Notes under the pieces: model-generated | Told to the model about the DNA's origin: nothing | Databases searched by the model: none | What the model saw: only the letters and a program-made list of their open reading frames with translations | From: an uncultured virus (IMG/VR IMGVR_UViG_3300044490_000560) | Lineage: Duplodnaviria; Heunggongvirae; Uroviricota; Caudoviricetes | DNA: 23,826 nucleotides | Strand: one strand, 5' to 3' | IMG/VR virus record: IMGVR_UViG_3300044490_000560 | Part shown: in pieces, positions 1 to 9,126 of the stretch | Layout of the letters: each line of letters begins with the position of its first letter | Position numbering within the stretch: position 1 is the first letter of the stretch | Made by a program: the position numbers and the translations under genes

Positions 1-2387
1 AGGGCATCCGTCGACGGCGTCGTCTGCCCCACGCTACGACTCGCGGCCACCAGCGACCGGTACCGCGCCGACAACCGCTGGATCTCCGCCTGCGTCCGCG
101 CCCGGAACGCTCCGATCTGGGCGTTCGACGTCTCAGCCGCCATGCGGGCCTCGTGCATCTTATCGACCTTGTACATTTGCACGGCAGCCTGGTTGTCCGC
201 CTCGTGCATTTGCACGGCAGCCTTGGTCTGATCGGCGGCATCCCGCAACTTCTGCTGCTCGGCGGCCTGCGCCTGGGCCTGCGCCTCGCGCTGCCGTTCC
301 GCCGTCTGCACCATCATGGTCAAGGCCTGCGCCACCGGCCGCAAGCTCCGCAGGGACGCCAGCGCCTGCTTGGCCTCCTGTTCCTTGCCGATCTGCCGGC
401 CGCCGGCCTCGATGTGGGTCTGGACGTGCTCCGAGACCAGCTGGAACGTCTTGAACATTGTCTCCGGATCCGGCACGTTGCCGCTCTCGACAGCATCCTT
501 GATCTGCGTCAACAGCTGCGCGTGAACCGGCACGTGCGACCAGTGCAACTGGTCGTAGCCGACGAGCGTCGCGGAGCCTTCCATCATGTCGTTGTTCTCG
601 ATCACCGCATGCGAAGCCGCGTCCGTGGGCATCTGATCACGCCCGATCACCGGCCGGTACCGCAACGCCGCCGCGGCGCCCGCGCGGGCCCGGATATAGT
701 CGTGCGTGGCGTGCACCCGCCCCATTTCATCCAGGTTGCCACCGAGCTCCAGCACGTTGGCCAGGATCCCCGCCTTGACCTCCGCGCCGCCATTCACCAA
801 GTCGCGGCACATATACACCGTGAAGAGCTCGGGGATCTGCTGCAAGTGCTTCTTCGTCACCCCACGGCGCTCACAACGCCGCAGGAACTCCGTCACGCCC
901 GGGTACCGGGCCTGCGTCTCCGGCGGCTGATCCAACACCAACGCCAGGAACCGGCGGAAACATTCACGAAACAGCGCATCCATGACAGTTGAGCGCAAAA
1001 CAAACAGGGCCTGTTCGGCTTTTGCGCCGGCCGACGCCTCGAGCTGCACCTGCTCTTTCGTCTTGCGATCCGCGCCGGCGTACACCCGCTCCGCCACGGC
1101 CGACACGCCGCTGGCCCCGAGCGCGTTGTTCGTCGCCGTGCGACTGATCATCTCGTTCACGGCCGCCAGCTGCTGGAAGTCGGGGTCCACGCGCGCCGAC
1201 ACCGGCTTCACGCCGCCCGTGAAGAGCGTGTACCGACCCTGCTCCACGATCGTGTTCTTCAGGCTCTCGCCCACCGTCGGGCCTTCCAGCCGCACCGACG
1301 CCGCGCTCGCCACCGCATCCATGAGCCGACAGAAGTTCCGGTTGCGCAGATCCTCGAACGGCATCAGCTTCGAGGCCACGCCGCGCAACCCGCGCGCGTG
1401 CCGCTCCGTCACCGAGTAGGGTAGCCACATCACGCACTGGTCCATGGAGTCGTACGCCTGGGGCCGCAGAAACAGGAACTCCACGGGCGTCCCCTTCGCC
1501 GGCACCATGTAGTGCGACACCTTCTGCGGGGCCGCCACTTCCCGGACAAAGGCGTTGATCACCGTGACCTTCTCGAACTGCCGCGTCTCGTACGCGCGGT
1601 TCTGCCGCGCCAACGCCAGGCGCGCCTCTTCGACCGAGGTCTCGGTCGAATTCCCCGCCTGCGACTCCGGCGACTCCCTGGACAGGAAGATGTCCGTCAG
1701 CAACTGCCGCACCGCCGACAGGTTCCAGCCGGCCGCCGCCGCGGCGTCCGGATAGTCCAGCAGCCCTACCAGATAGGCCGCCGGCAGCGGGGTCTCCACG
1801 AAGATCAGCTCGTTGTCCACGCTGAGGGCCGGCGCGTCGGACGGGAACTTCACCTGCCCGCGCTCCAACGCCACCAACTGGAAGTCCGTCGCATCACGCC
1901 AGGTAACCGGGCCGAGCCCGTACAGCTCCGCCTCCCGCACCATCATGGCGACCGCAGGCAGGAAACTCCGCCCTTCGCGCAGCACCGTCGAGAACTCTTC
2001 GGCGGTCACACTGCCGATCTTGTCCGCATCCGGGCCGGCCAACGCCTCTTCCACCGACCGCAGCTCGATCAGATTCGTCGTGTCCAGCGCCATGTCATTG
2101 ACACGCCCCGCCCGGGCATCCACCTGCCCGGCCAAACCACCCAGGTTCACGTTGGCGCCGGTCTTGTTCCCAGCCGCCTCCAATTTTGCCGGGTCAAAAG
2201 GCCGGAACAGGTCATACATGCGCCGAATTCGAGCCCGACGTGGAGCATCGCCCGAGTCGTCCTGCTGCTGGCAGGTCTTGAACACTTCCAGCACCGCCGC
2301 GGCTGAACTGAACCGGCGAGTGCACGGAGTCCCGTCCGGCATCAACGTCCGGAACGGATTCGGCGGAGCTTTAACTGGCTGTGCCAT
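1..2387 (-). CDS. Probable phage portal (head-tail connector) protein, at least 795 aa, 3' end beyond the window edge
   Basis: Not in the ORF track because it has no stop in the window. ATG at 2387 follows an AGGAG RBS. Manual translation stays open from MAQPVKAPPNPFRTLMPDG to QTTPSTDA. Late DQLHWSHVPVH (D-x-x-H-x-x-H-x-x-x-H) motif and Q/A/E-rich helical C-terminus resemble P22-type environmental portals; same strand as the terminase. CDS is confident, function is inferred. Confidence 0.65.
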   Translation of the reverse strand, partial: MAQPVKAPPNPFRTLMPDGTPCTRRFSSAAAVLEVFKTCQQQDDSGDAPRRARIRRMYDLFRPFDPAKLEAAGNKTGANVNLGGLAGQVDARAGRVNDMALDTTNLIELRSVEEALAGPDADKIGSVTAEEFSTVLREGRSFLPAVAMMVREAELYGLGPVTWRDATDFQLVALERGQVKFPSDAPALSVDNELIFVETPLPAAYLVGLLDYPDAAAAAGWNLSAVRQLLTDIFLSRESPESQAGNSTETSVEEARLALARQNRAYETRQFEKVTVINAFVREVAAPQKVSHYMVPAKGTPVEFLFLRPQAYDSMDQCVMWLPYSVTERHARGLRGVASKLMPFEDLRNRNFCRLMDAVASAASVRLEGPTVGESLKNTIVEQGRYTLFTGGVKPVSARVDPDFQQLAAVNEMISRTATNNALGASGVSAVAERVYAGADRKTKEQVQLEASAGAKAEQALFVLRSTVMDALFRECFRRFLALVLDQPPETQARYPGVTEFLRRCERRGVTKKHLQQIPELFTVYMCRDLVNGGAEVKAGILANVLELGGNLDEMGRVHATHDYIRARAGAAAALRYRPVIGRDQMPTDAASHAVIENNDMMEGSATLVGYDQLHWSHVPVHAQLLTQIKDAVESGNVPDPETMFKTFQLVSEHVQTHIEAGGRQIGKEQEAKQALASLRSLRPVAQALTMMVQTAERQREAQAQAQAAEQQKLRDAADQTKAAVQMHEADNQAAVQMYKVDKMHEARMAAETSNAQIGAFRARTQAEIQRLSARYRSLVAASRSVGQTTPSTDA

Positions 2388-2946
2388 CGGTTGTCTCCTG
2401 TACTCGCCAACAGTTCGCCGGGTACGCCGCCCCTTCCTGCAGCGGCTGTCCTGTCACGGTCGCCAAAGCGGCGGACAAGACCGCTTCTTCGCCGCACACC
2501 CCCGTCGCCCGGTCCGCGGGGAGCCGGCCTCGTCTTCCCCGAAAGCCTGCGTACACCCAGTCCAGCAGCCCCGTGCAGTCCAGGCAGAACCCACGAGTGG
2601 TGTGCGATGGACATGATACGCAGATTTCCATCCGTTTTTCAATCTTATCCGCCGGCACGCAGGCCAGGCTGAACATCCTGCTCGTCTTCGCCCGGACAAC
2701 CTGGATGCTGTAGGCCTTGACCGTCGACGGCTGCGTACAGAACCCGTCCGGCAGGAACGGGCACATGTACTCCATCACATACGAGAAGCCGTCCCCGACC
2801 GTCGCCAAGCCCTGCCGGGCCCGAACTTCTCGCACCTTCTGGCAGATCCCCATCATGGTTCGATCGGTCACGACAGCGTCGCCCAGCCGGTACTCGTAGT
2901 ACCCGCAGGGCGGCGTCGCGTGGCGCGTTCGAAACCGGAGTCTCAT
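2371..2946 (-). CDS. Cys-rich hypothetical phage protein (191 aa, MRLRFRTRHATPPCGYYEY...)
   Basis: 3' part of track ORF 2371..3480. ATG at 2946 overlaps the upstream stop (ATGA). Contains CVSC, CLDC and CW motifs and overlaps the portal start. Confidence 0.75.
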   Translation of the reverse strand: MRLRFRTRHATPPCGYYEYRLGDAVVTDRTMMGICQKVREVRARQGLATVGDGFSYVMEYMCPFLPDGFCTQPSTVKAYSIQVVRAKTSRMFSLACVPADKIEKRMEICVSCPSHTTRGFCLDCTGLLDWVYAGFRGRRGRLPADRATGVCGEEAVLSAALATVTGQPLQEGAAYPANCWRVQETTDGTAS

Positions 2947-3449
2947 TTCCGACCCCACGGAACGATCTGCTCCACCAGCTGCTCGGCCTCCGCCTCCGTT
3001 ACGGCCGGCGTCGGCGTCTCCCGGTCCACCCGCTCGATCCGGGCGGCCAGCACACGCACGGCATGCGGCGCCGTCGACGGCACCACCCCGTGCCGCATCA
3101 GCATGCGGCGTGCGAACTCCACCGGGTCCGCGACCGGGCCGCCGGGCGAAAACCCGCCAACCAAGTGGTACCCCATCGACGTCTTCTCGACCCGCATCTT
3201 GACCGCCGTGTAGGGGCACACCAGCTCCGCCCCGTCCTTGGCAGCGCCGCGAATGCCGTCCCGAGTGCCCGCCATGGCGAACAGCTCTTCCGGCGTTCCG
3301 ACGAAGTCCAGAGGGTCCCAGGCGTCGGGCGAAAAGTACAACGGCGCGCGATTGGCGCTCGACACCACGCGCACCGTCACCGGCTTGCCCGTATAGGCGC
3401 ACCGCAGGTTTTTCAGAAACGACTGACTGGCAGGTACGTTCAGCGACAT
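2943..3449 (-). CDS. Hypothetical protein (168 aa, MSLNVPASQSFLKNLRCAYTG...)
   Basis: ATG at 3449 with GGGAG RBS; internal repeated motif CAYTG/CPYTA; ATGA-coupled to the next gene. Confidence 0.8.
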   Translation of the reverse strand: MSLNVPASQSFLKNLRCAYTGKPVTVRVVSSANRAPLYFSPDAWDPLDFVGTPEELFAMAGTRDGIRGAAKDGAELVCPYTAVKMRVEKTSMGYHLVGGFSPGGPVADPVEFARRMLMRHGVVPSTAPHAVRVLAARIERVDRETPTPAVTEAEAEQLVEQIVPWGRK

Positions 3450-3461
3450 GGTCTTTTCTCC
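3436..3461. repeat. Copy 1 of a 26-bp direct repeat (RBS plus first codons MSLNV); copy 2 at 4103-4128
   Basis: acgttcagcgacatggtcttttctcc versus acgttcagcgacatggtcgtttctcc, one mismatch. Confidence 0.9.
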
Positions 3462-3492
3462 CTTTCGAACAGCGGGGCAAGACAACCCGGCG

Positions 3493-3984
3493 TCACTGCA
3501 ACGGCGTGTACGCCGGCGCCGTCCAGGTTCCCGTGTACGGTACGACGATCGTTCCGCCACCGTTGGTCAGGGTCAGCTGCGCCCGGATGTCCGTATCCAC
3601 CAGCGTGTTCGCGTCGGTCTCCCAGTAGTACAGGTTGGAGTACGTGGGGTTCGTGACGATCAGCGCCGAGGCCGAGGGTACCTGCGCGAGGCACCAGAAC
3701 ATGCCGTTCGACGCGTTCTGCACGGTAATTTCCGTGGTCGTGTTCGTCCGTCCGTTCCCGACACGGATGTGCCCGTAGACGCCCGTGAGATCCTGCGTAC
3801 TGGTCGCCCCCGTCTTGGCGTAACAGTTCGTGAACAGGATCGTCCCCCCGCACGGGATGCGGCCGGGGAGCGTGGCGTTCGTGCCGTCGCGGTAGAACGT
3901 CTGCGAGATGGTTGACGGCTCCAGCCCCGCCCACGCGGCGGAACTAGCCAGAGCGAGTAGACAGATGCAGATGAGCTTTTTCAT
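3493..3984 (-). CDS. Secreted-type hypothetical protein with Sec signal peptide (163 aa)
   Basis: GAGGAG RBS before ATG 3984; N-terminus MKKLICICLLALASSAAWA-G; T/N-rich mature part. The track's longer in-frame start at 4116 is an alternative. Confidence 0.8.
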   Translation of the reverse strand: MKKLICICLLALASSAAWAGLEPSTISQTFYRDGTNATLPGRIPCGGTILFTNCYAKTGATSTQDLTGVYGHIRVGNGRTNTTTEITVQNASNGMFWCLAQVPSASALIVTNPTYSNLYYWETDANTLVDTDIRAQLTLTNGGGTIVVPYTGTWTAPAYTPLQ

Positions 3985-4051
3985 GAGCACTCCTCGTTTG
4001 GATTGTGGTTGTAGTTGTGATCGGAGATTCGCAGAATGGACTGCCGGGACA

Positions 4052-4081
4052 ATCGTACCACAGCCGGCGCGGCTCGTACAA
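4052..4081 (-). promoter_or_regulatory. Putative sigma70-type promoter with extended -10
   Basis: Minus strand TTGTAC-N18-TACGAT, with TGTGG immediately before the -10, upstream of the 3984 start. Confidence 0.5.
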
Positions 4082-4102
4082 TGACAAGCGTCGTTGGCCG
4101 GG

Positions 4103-4128
4103 ACGTTCAGCGACATGGTCGTTTCTCC
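4103..4128. repeat. Copy 2 of the 26-bp RBS/start-codon direct repeat
   Basis: Matches 3436-3461 at 25 of 26 positions; lies directly after the stop of the 4128..6032 gene. Confidence 0.9.
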
Positions 4129-6032
4129 TACGGGTCAAGCAGCCCGTCAAACAGCAGGTTCGTACACGAGTTGGCTTTCCATCGCAACACCGGAATCACA
4201 TAACCGCCGGGTTCGTACAGAGCTTCGTCCTCAACCCCATACCCGTGCCCAAGCGACATAAACCACCCCACGTTCGAGTAGGTCATCGAGCTCTGTTTCG
4301 GTGGCAACTGCCAGTTCCCAACCACGACAGCGCTCGTCACCACCCCGACCCCACCGGCCGGCACGGTCTGCGAATCGATCAGTCGCCACCGGTTCGTCTC
4401 GTATCCCGTAGAGGCCGCGTCAAACACTTCGCACGGCTCAACCCGTACGTACCACTCCACCCGCTTCTCGTTCTGCGTCCAAGTCGGATGGGTCTGGTAA
4501 TTGGCGGCACACAGTTCGGCGTTCAGCTGCAACAGGTAACCGCCTCGCGGATCGTATGTGTACAACGATGGCCGCACCCACCCACGCGGCGCTTGGCCCA
4601 CGTCGTTAGTCTTCGCCTGGTCGGTTTGCCTCGCCGCCACTTTGGCCGCCAGATTGGCGTACGCTCCGTCTAGCGCCGACGCCCGCCACTCCGGCGTGTC
4701 CGTCGCCGACCACAACGATCCGGTCGCAGAGAACCACAAGCACAGATTCGTGCAGAGGCGCGAAAAGTGCCGCACATCCCGCATTCGCGCCATCACGGCC
4801 CAATAAAGCGCTAGGTCGTTTGTTGTAATTGCAGGTTTGTTGGAAGCCACCGAGGCCAGGATCTTGGCCTGGTAGTTTGTCCACCACGGCTGATCGCCGA
4901 CCCGATTTGTGATCACCGTCCTCGTGGTCTCCCACGCATTCGAAGACCACGCATACCCATCGTAATCGGCGTCCAGCGCACATGGGTCCAAGTACGTGGG
5001 AGAGTTCTCCGGCCCCCAACTGAAGAACATGCTCCCTCCACCCGTCTGGCGTCGCCCCGCCCCTGACGCGTACAAAACCCCATCGACCCCCAATGCCTGC
5101 CGGTAACTGAGCAGATAGTTTCCCGCAAAATATCCATCACCCCACGGCCCGTGCAAATAGGCCCAGCGGATCGCGGACCCGACCGTGTTGGTCCGCGTCA
5201 CCAAGTCCATCTGTTTGTACGAACGAACACGCGACACGCCGGAAGCAGGATACGTTACGGCACTCCACACCGGACCCGATGTCTTAGACGTCCACTGAAC
5301 TATAGAGCCCCATTCGTCGGTGTAATGCAATGTCCACTGCTCGCCCGCGATCCGCTCTTCCCAGGGGCCAGCGGACGCAACGATCACCGAATAAACCCGC
5401 TGGTTCAATCCCGTCGAATACGTCGCCAGGCTCAACGAATGCCTTTCGGGAGTCCGCAACCACCACGACGGTGACGACGCACCAGACGGCCCGCTATCCA
5501 CCACCACACATACCCCGTCGTCCAGCGCATTCGTACTTGCCGCGTTCACGTTCGTGTAAATGTCCATCGCGCCGCCGACAAAAGAATCCGACCAGCGGTA
5601 CGGATCCGGCCAGTCACTATACGCCCCCCATCGCCCCCACGATCCATACACGCGCTCCTTAAACGCGTACGATCCGTTCCAATCCGCCAAAAAAGAGTTC
5701 AAGCCCGACAGCGTAAACGTCTGCCAACCGCCCCAAGTCAAGTCCGTTAACGGAATGTGCCGCTCCCAGACGTCGTAAGTCGTCACGATCGGATCTAGAT
5801 CGGCGGTCCAATCCGGCTCGTACGTTCCGGAGTTCAGGATGAACGGCCGAATCCCCGGCCCCATCTCTTCACTGTACAGCTGGCCGAACCGCTCCCGGGC
5901 GCCGTCCACCAACTCCGCCACATCCACGGCAAACACGGCGCCGTGGGTGCGGTTGTAGAAATACACCGTCGCGCCGGTGCCTGACAGCAGCGTCGCCAGA
6001 ACAGTCACCCGCTTCCAAAGCCCCCAGCTCAT
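4128..6032 (-). CDS. Large W/Y/T-rich hypothetical protein (634 aa) with hydrophobic N-terminus; possible virion or surface protein
   Basis: 3' part of track ORF 4128..6614. ATG 6032 is ATGA-coupled to the upstream gene. N-terminus MSWGLWKRVTVLATLLSGTGA is signal- or anchor-like. Confidence 0.75.
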   Translation of the reverse strand: MSWGLWKRVTVLATLLSGTGATVYFYNRTHGAVFAVDVAELVDGARERFGQLYSEEMGPGIRPFILNSGTYEPDWTADLDPIVTTYDVWERHIPLTDLTWGGWQTFTLSGLNSFLADWNGSYAFKERVYGSWGRWGAYSDWPDPYRWSDSFVGGAMDIYTNVNAASTNALDDGVCVVVDSGPSGASSPSWWLRTPERHSLSLATYSTGLNQRVYSVIVASAGPWEERIAGEQWTLHYTDEWGSIVQWTSKTSGPVWSAVTYPASGVSRVRSYKQMDLVTRTNTVGSAIRWAYLHGPWGDGYFAGNYLLSYRQALGVDGVLYASGAGRRQTGGGSMFFSWGPENSPTYLDPCALDADYDGYAWSSNAWETTRTVITNRVGDQPWWTNYQAKILASVASNKPAITTNDLALYWAVMARMRDVRHFSRLCTNLCLWFSATGSLWSATDTPEWRASALDGAYANLAAKVAARQTDQAKTNDVGQAPRGWVRPSLYTYDPRGGYLLQLNAELCAANYQTHPTWTQNEKRVEWYVRVEPCEVFDAASTGYETNRWRLIDSQTVPAGGVGVVTSAVVVGNWQLPPKQSSMTYSNVGWFMSLGHGYGVEDEALYEPGGYVIPVLRWKANSCTNLLFDGLLDP

Positions 6033-6562
6033 GACGGCGGCTCCCGCGCTACCGAAAAGAGGCCCCCGCCCCACGTCCCGGTCAGGTTGTGTCGCACGTA
6101 CTGCACGACGTTTTCCGCTGGCATGGCGAAGAAATAGAGCCAGGTACGCCAGTACCCGTCTTCCCACTTCGGCTCGTCCGCCTGCGGCCCGATCACCGAC
6201 AACGCACGAGCGTCCAGATTGTACTCGAGACCGACGTAACTCGCGTCGGCTTCGATCGTCAGCGTCGTTTCCGCGGTCGTCAGAAGCAGATCGGGGCCCG
6301 CCAAGAACCGTCCTGCCGCGATCGTCACGTCCATCCCATCGATCGAGATCAGCCCCCACGGGTGGTCCGACCCCCAGGGAAACGTACGCCGCATCAAGCC
6401 GTGGTCCTGGCCCCGCAGCCCGCCAGGATGCCACTGCGCTCCCGCCCCCGCGGCGTCCACTGCCCGTAACGCTGACAGCGCCGATTCCCAACGGGCCCGC
6501 TCGGCTGCCACGGCCTGCTGAACCGCCTGCTGCACGTACCGTCTGACGGTTGCGTCGTCCAT
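6029..6562 (-). CDS. Hypothetical protein (177 aa), possibly structural
   Basis: ATG 6562 sits 2 nt after the upstream stop (GTG 6580 is an alternative); fills the gap between coupled genes. Confidence 0.75.
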   Translation of the reverse strand: MDDATVRRYVQQAVQQAVAAERARWESALSALRAVDAAGAGAQWHPGGLRGQDHGLMRRTFPWGSDHPWGLISIDGMDVTIAAGRFLAGPDLLLTTAETTLTIEADASYVGLEYNLDARALSVIGPQADEPKWEDGYWRTWLYFFAMPAENVVQYVRHNLTGTWGGGLFSVAREPPS

Positions 6563-6564
6563 GC

Positions 6565-9078
6565 CTACGAGTTCCCCCACGGCCGTCGCGGCGCAATAAA
6601 CAGGTCGGTCGCACCGGCTGGTGCCGTCAGCATGTCATTTGGGTTCAACGTCCCGTCATCCTGAATGTACACTTTCCATTGCTTGACCTGAACGACCCGC
6701 ACGATGTGGTACGCTTCAGACTCGAACTGCCGGGTCAACTGGCTGTTGAACCCGTCATACCCACCCTCGTACATCTGTTCGCCAGTCCGCAGCCCGAACC
6801 CGCGCGCCGTGCGGTAGTACACCAGATTCCGCGTGAACCAACGCTGCCGGTTCGACGCCCCTTGCGGGTCGGATACGACTGCGGAATCAACAACCGCCAG
6901 GCGATCCGACGCGTCCGCCCAGGCCGCGGAAATCGTGCCCACCTGCGCAGGGGTGGCCGTAATCTCACCGTCCAACAGCCCGTTCCGATTCAACCGGACG
7001 CTCAGCTCGTTCGTGTTATCCGGATCCAAAGCGTTGAGCAAAACCTGCAAGCCGCCCAACGTCTGGTTATAGAAGATCGTCCGCGTCACCGTGCGCCCGC
7101 GGCTCGTGATCGTCACAACGTGGGTCGCCGCGACTGGTGTTTCCGTCGTGGTCGTCACCTCCAGCAGATTCCCGTTCGTCTTCCGGCCGGCCTTCGTCAC
7201 CAAAACGCCCGCCTCCGAGAGCGAAGCCACAAGCGGCGTTCCGACTGGCTGTCCCGCATCGACCTGTACGGCCCGCGACCCCAGAGCCGTCACTTCGTTC
7301 TCAAGCGTCGCAGCTGAAACAGCTTGTTCCTCAACGGTCCGGGTCGTCACGTCCAGCAACCCACCGTCCGTCTTCTGACCGACCTTAGTGACGACCACAC
7401 CGCCAGTGGCCGCAGGGACCGCCAGGCTCGTATTGGCGGGCTGGTTGCGATCGAGCACAGTCGTCTCAACCTGAAAGATCGTCTTCGCGCCGGACTTCTG
7501 TGCCTCTAACACGGACCGCTCCGTCACAGTCCGTGTCGTCACGTCCATCAGACCGCCGTCCGTCTTTTGGCCTGTCTTCGTGATGATCACGCCACCCGAG
7601 GCGACCTGCGGCGACACGTCCACCGGCGCCTGCCCGCGGTCCAATACGGTCGATTCGACGTGAAAGATCGTACCTGTCCCGGACCTCTGCGCCTCCAAAA
7701 CGGGTTGCTCCGTCACGGTCTTGGTCGTCACGTCCAGCAAACCGCCGTCAGTCTTTTGCCCGGCCTTAGTGACGACCGCGCCGCCAGAAGCCGCCGGTAC
7801 CGTCAAGTCCGTATTCGCCGGCTGACCACGATCCGTCACAACCGATTCAATCTGAAACACCGTCTTTGTGCCGGACTTCTGCGCCTCCAAGACGTTCTGC
7901 TCCGTCGTGGTCTTGGTCGTCACATCCAGCAAGCCGCCGTCGGTCTTTTGCCCAGCCTTGGCGACGACTACGCCACCCGTAGCCGCCGGCACCGTCAGAC
8001 TTGTGTTCGCAGGCTGGTGGCGATCCACCACGGCTTCTTCGGTCTGAAAGATCGTCTTCGTGCCGGACTTCTGCGCCTCCGAAACGGCTTGCTCCGTCGT
8101 GACGGTCTTGGAGGTCGTGTACCGGCCGCGCCCGCTCTGCGCGTTGATGATCGCCTCGTGCACCCCGCCGGAGGCCGCCACGGGGGCCGGGAGGGCCGCC
8201 ACCTGCCCGCGGTTCTGATGCGTCTCCGCGGCGATAAACAGCGTCCGCTCTTTCCGCACTTCCGCGTCCGACACCGCCTTCTCGGTCACCTTCTGCTGAG
8301 CCAGGTCGTGCGTGCAATCCTCGTTCATCCGCTTCCGCTGCGTCACTTCCACCCCAGCGGAAACCCCGACTGCCCAGGTCGTCACCGCATTGCCGAGATG
8401 GTCTGTCCCGTCCGGCCGGATCCGGGTGATGTCCAGCTCCTGGGTCGTCTCAAACGTCGTATTGGCCTGGGTGACTTCGCCCGTCGTCTGCGTCTTGGAC
8501 ACCGTGGTCGTCACGTAGTACGTGTACAACGCCGTCTCAGGATCGCGCGACAGACCGCCGATCCGCACCGTTGTGCCGGCCACCAACGCCGGCAGTTCCT
8601 CCACGGTCGGCGAATCCCACACGTACCGAATCGTCACCTGGGCCGCGCACGTGTCCTCAACCACCCCCTCTTCGGAGTCCACGGCGTCTGATAGCTGCCA
8701 GAAGACCGTAAACGTCCCATCCCCGGCCCGATGACCGGCTGGGGTAGAAGTGTCGCGCGCCCACCACGCGGCCCGGTGATACCACGTACCAGGAATACGC
8801 GCTCCGTTAGCCACCACGGACGAGATCGGCGACGAGTCCGCCAGCGCCTGAATGACCTCACGGAGAGCGTGCGCCGGACACCCGTGCGCGAAGAGCCGCA
8901 TCGACGCCGCGTGAAGCGTCCCCGGAATCGGATCCTCGCCCTCCTCCGGCACTTCCTCGGACGGAATCACCTTCCCGCCACGCAGGAACAGCATTTTCCA
9001 TGCGGCGCCGGTAATGAAAGCCGCGGCGGCGGTTTGCCGGGCTTCATCGGCCAAGATGTCCGGTGTTCCTGCGGGCAT
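6565..9078 (-). CDS. Thr/Val-rich 837-aa protein with tandem 63-64-aa repeats; possible tail or virion structural protein
   Basis: GGGAG RBS; repeated unit EQxVxEAQKSGTKTIFQ...GGVVVTKAGQKTDGGLLDVTTKT; immediately downstream of the terminase. Confidence 0.8.
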   Translation of the reverse strand: MPAGTPDILADEARQTAAAAFITGAAWKMLFLRGGKVIPSEEVPEEGEDPIPGTLHAASMRLFAHGCPAHALREVIQALADSSPISSVVANGARIPGTWYHRAAWWARDTSTPAGHRAGDGTFTVFWQLSDAVDSEEGVVEDTCAAQVTIRYVWDSPTVEELPALVAGTTVRIGGLSRDPETALYTYYVTTTVSKTQTTGEVTQANTTFETTQELDITRIRPDGTDHLGNAVTTWAVGVSAGVEVTQRKRMNEDCTHDLAQQKVTEKAVSDAEVRKERTLFIAAETHQNRGQVAALPAPVAASGGVHEAIINAQSGRGRYTTSKTVTTEQAVSEAQKSGTKTIFQTEEAVVDRHQPANTSLTVPAATGGVVVAKAGQKTDGGLLDVTTKTTTEQNVLEAQKSGTKTVFQIESVVTDRGQPANTDLTVPAASGGAVVTKAGQKTDGGLLDVTTKTVTEQPVLEAQRSGTGTIFHVESTVLDRGQAPVDVSPQVASGGVIITKTGQKTDGGLMDVTTRTVTERSVLEAQKSGAKTIFQVETTVLDRNQPANTSLAVPAATGGVVVTKVGQKTDGGLLDVTTRTVEEQAVSAATLENEVTALGSRAVQVDAGQPVGTPLVASLSEAGVLVTKAGRKTNGNLLEVTTTTETPVAATHVVTITSRGRTVTRTIFYNQTLGGLQVLLNALDPDNTNELSVRLNRNGLLDGEITATPAQVGTISAAWADASDRLAVVDSAVVSDPQGASNRQRWFTRNLVYYRTARGFGLRTGEQMYEGGYDGFNSQLTRQFESEAYHIVRVVQVKQWKVYIQDDGTLNPNDMLTAPAGATDLFIAPRRPWGNS
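7141..8283 (-). repeat. Intragenic tandem repeat, six units of 189-192 bp (four well conserved at 7330-8094)
   Basis: Unit starts on the minus strand at 8283, 8094, 7902, 7710, 7521 and 7329. Confidence 0.9.
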
Positions 9079-9096
9079 AGAACTTCTCCCATCCGT

Positions 9097-9126
9097 ACGG
9101 TATCACACCACGGCCCGTCCGGTCAA
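9097..9126 (-). promoter_or_regulatory. Putative sigma70-type promoter with extended -10
   Basis: Minus strand TTGACC-N18-TACCGT with TGA before the -10; the -35 overlaps the terminase stop codon. Confidence 0.5.
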
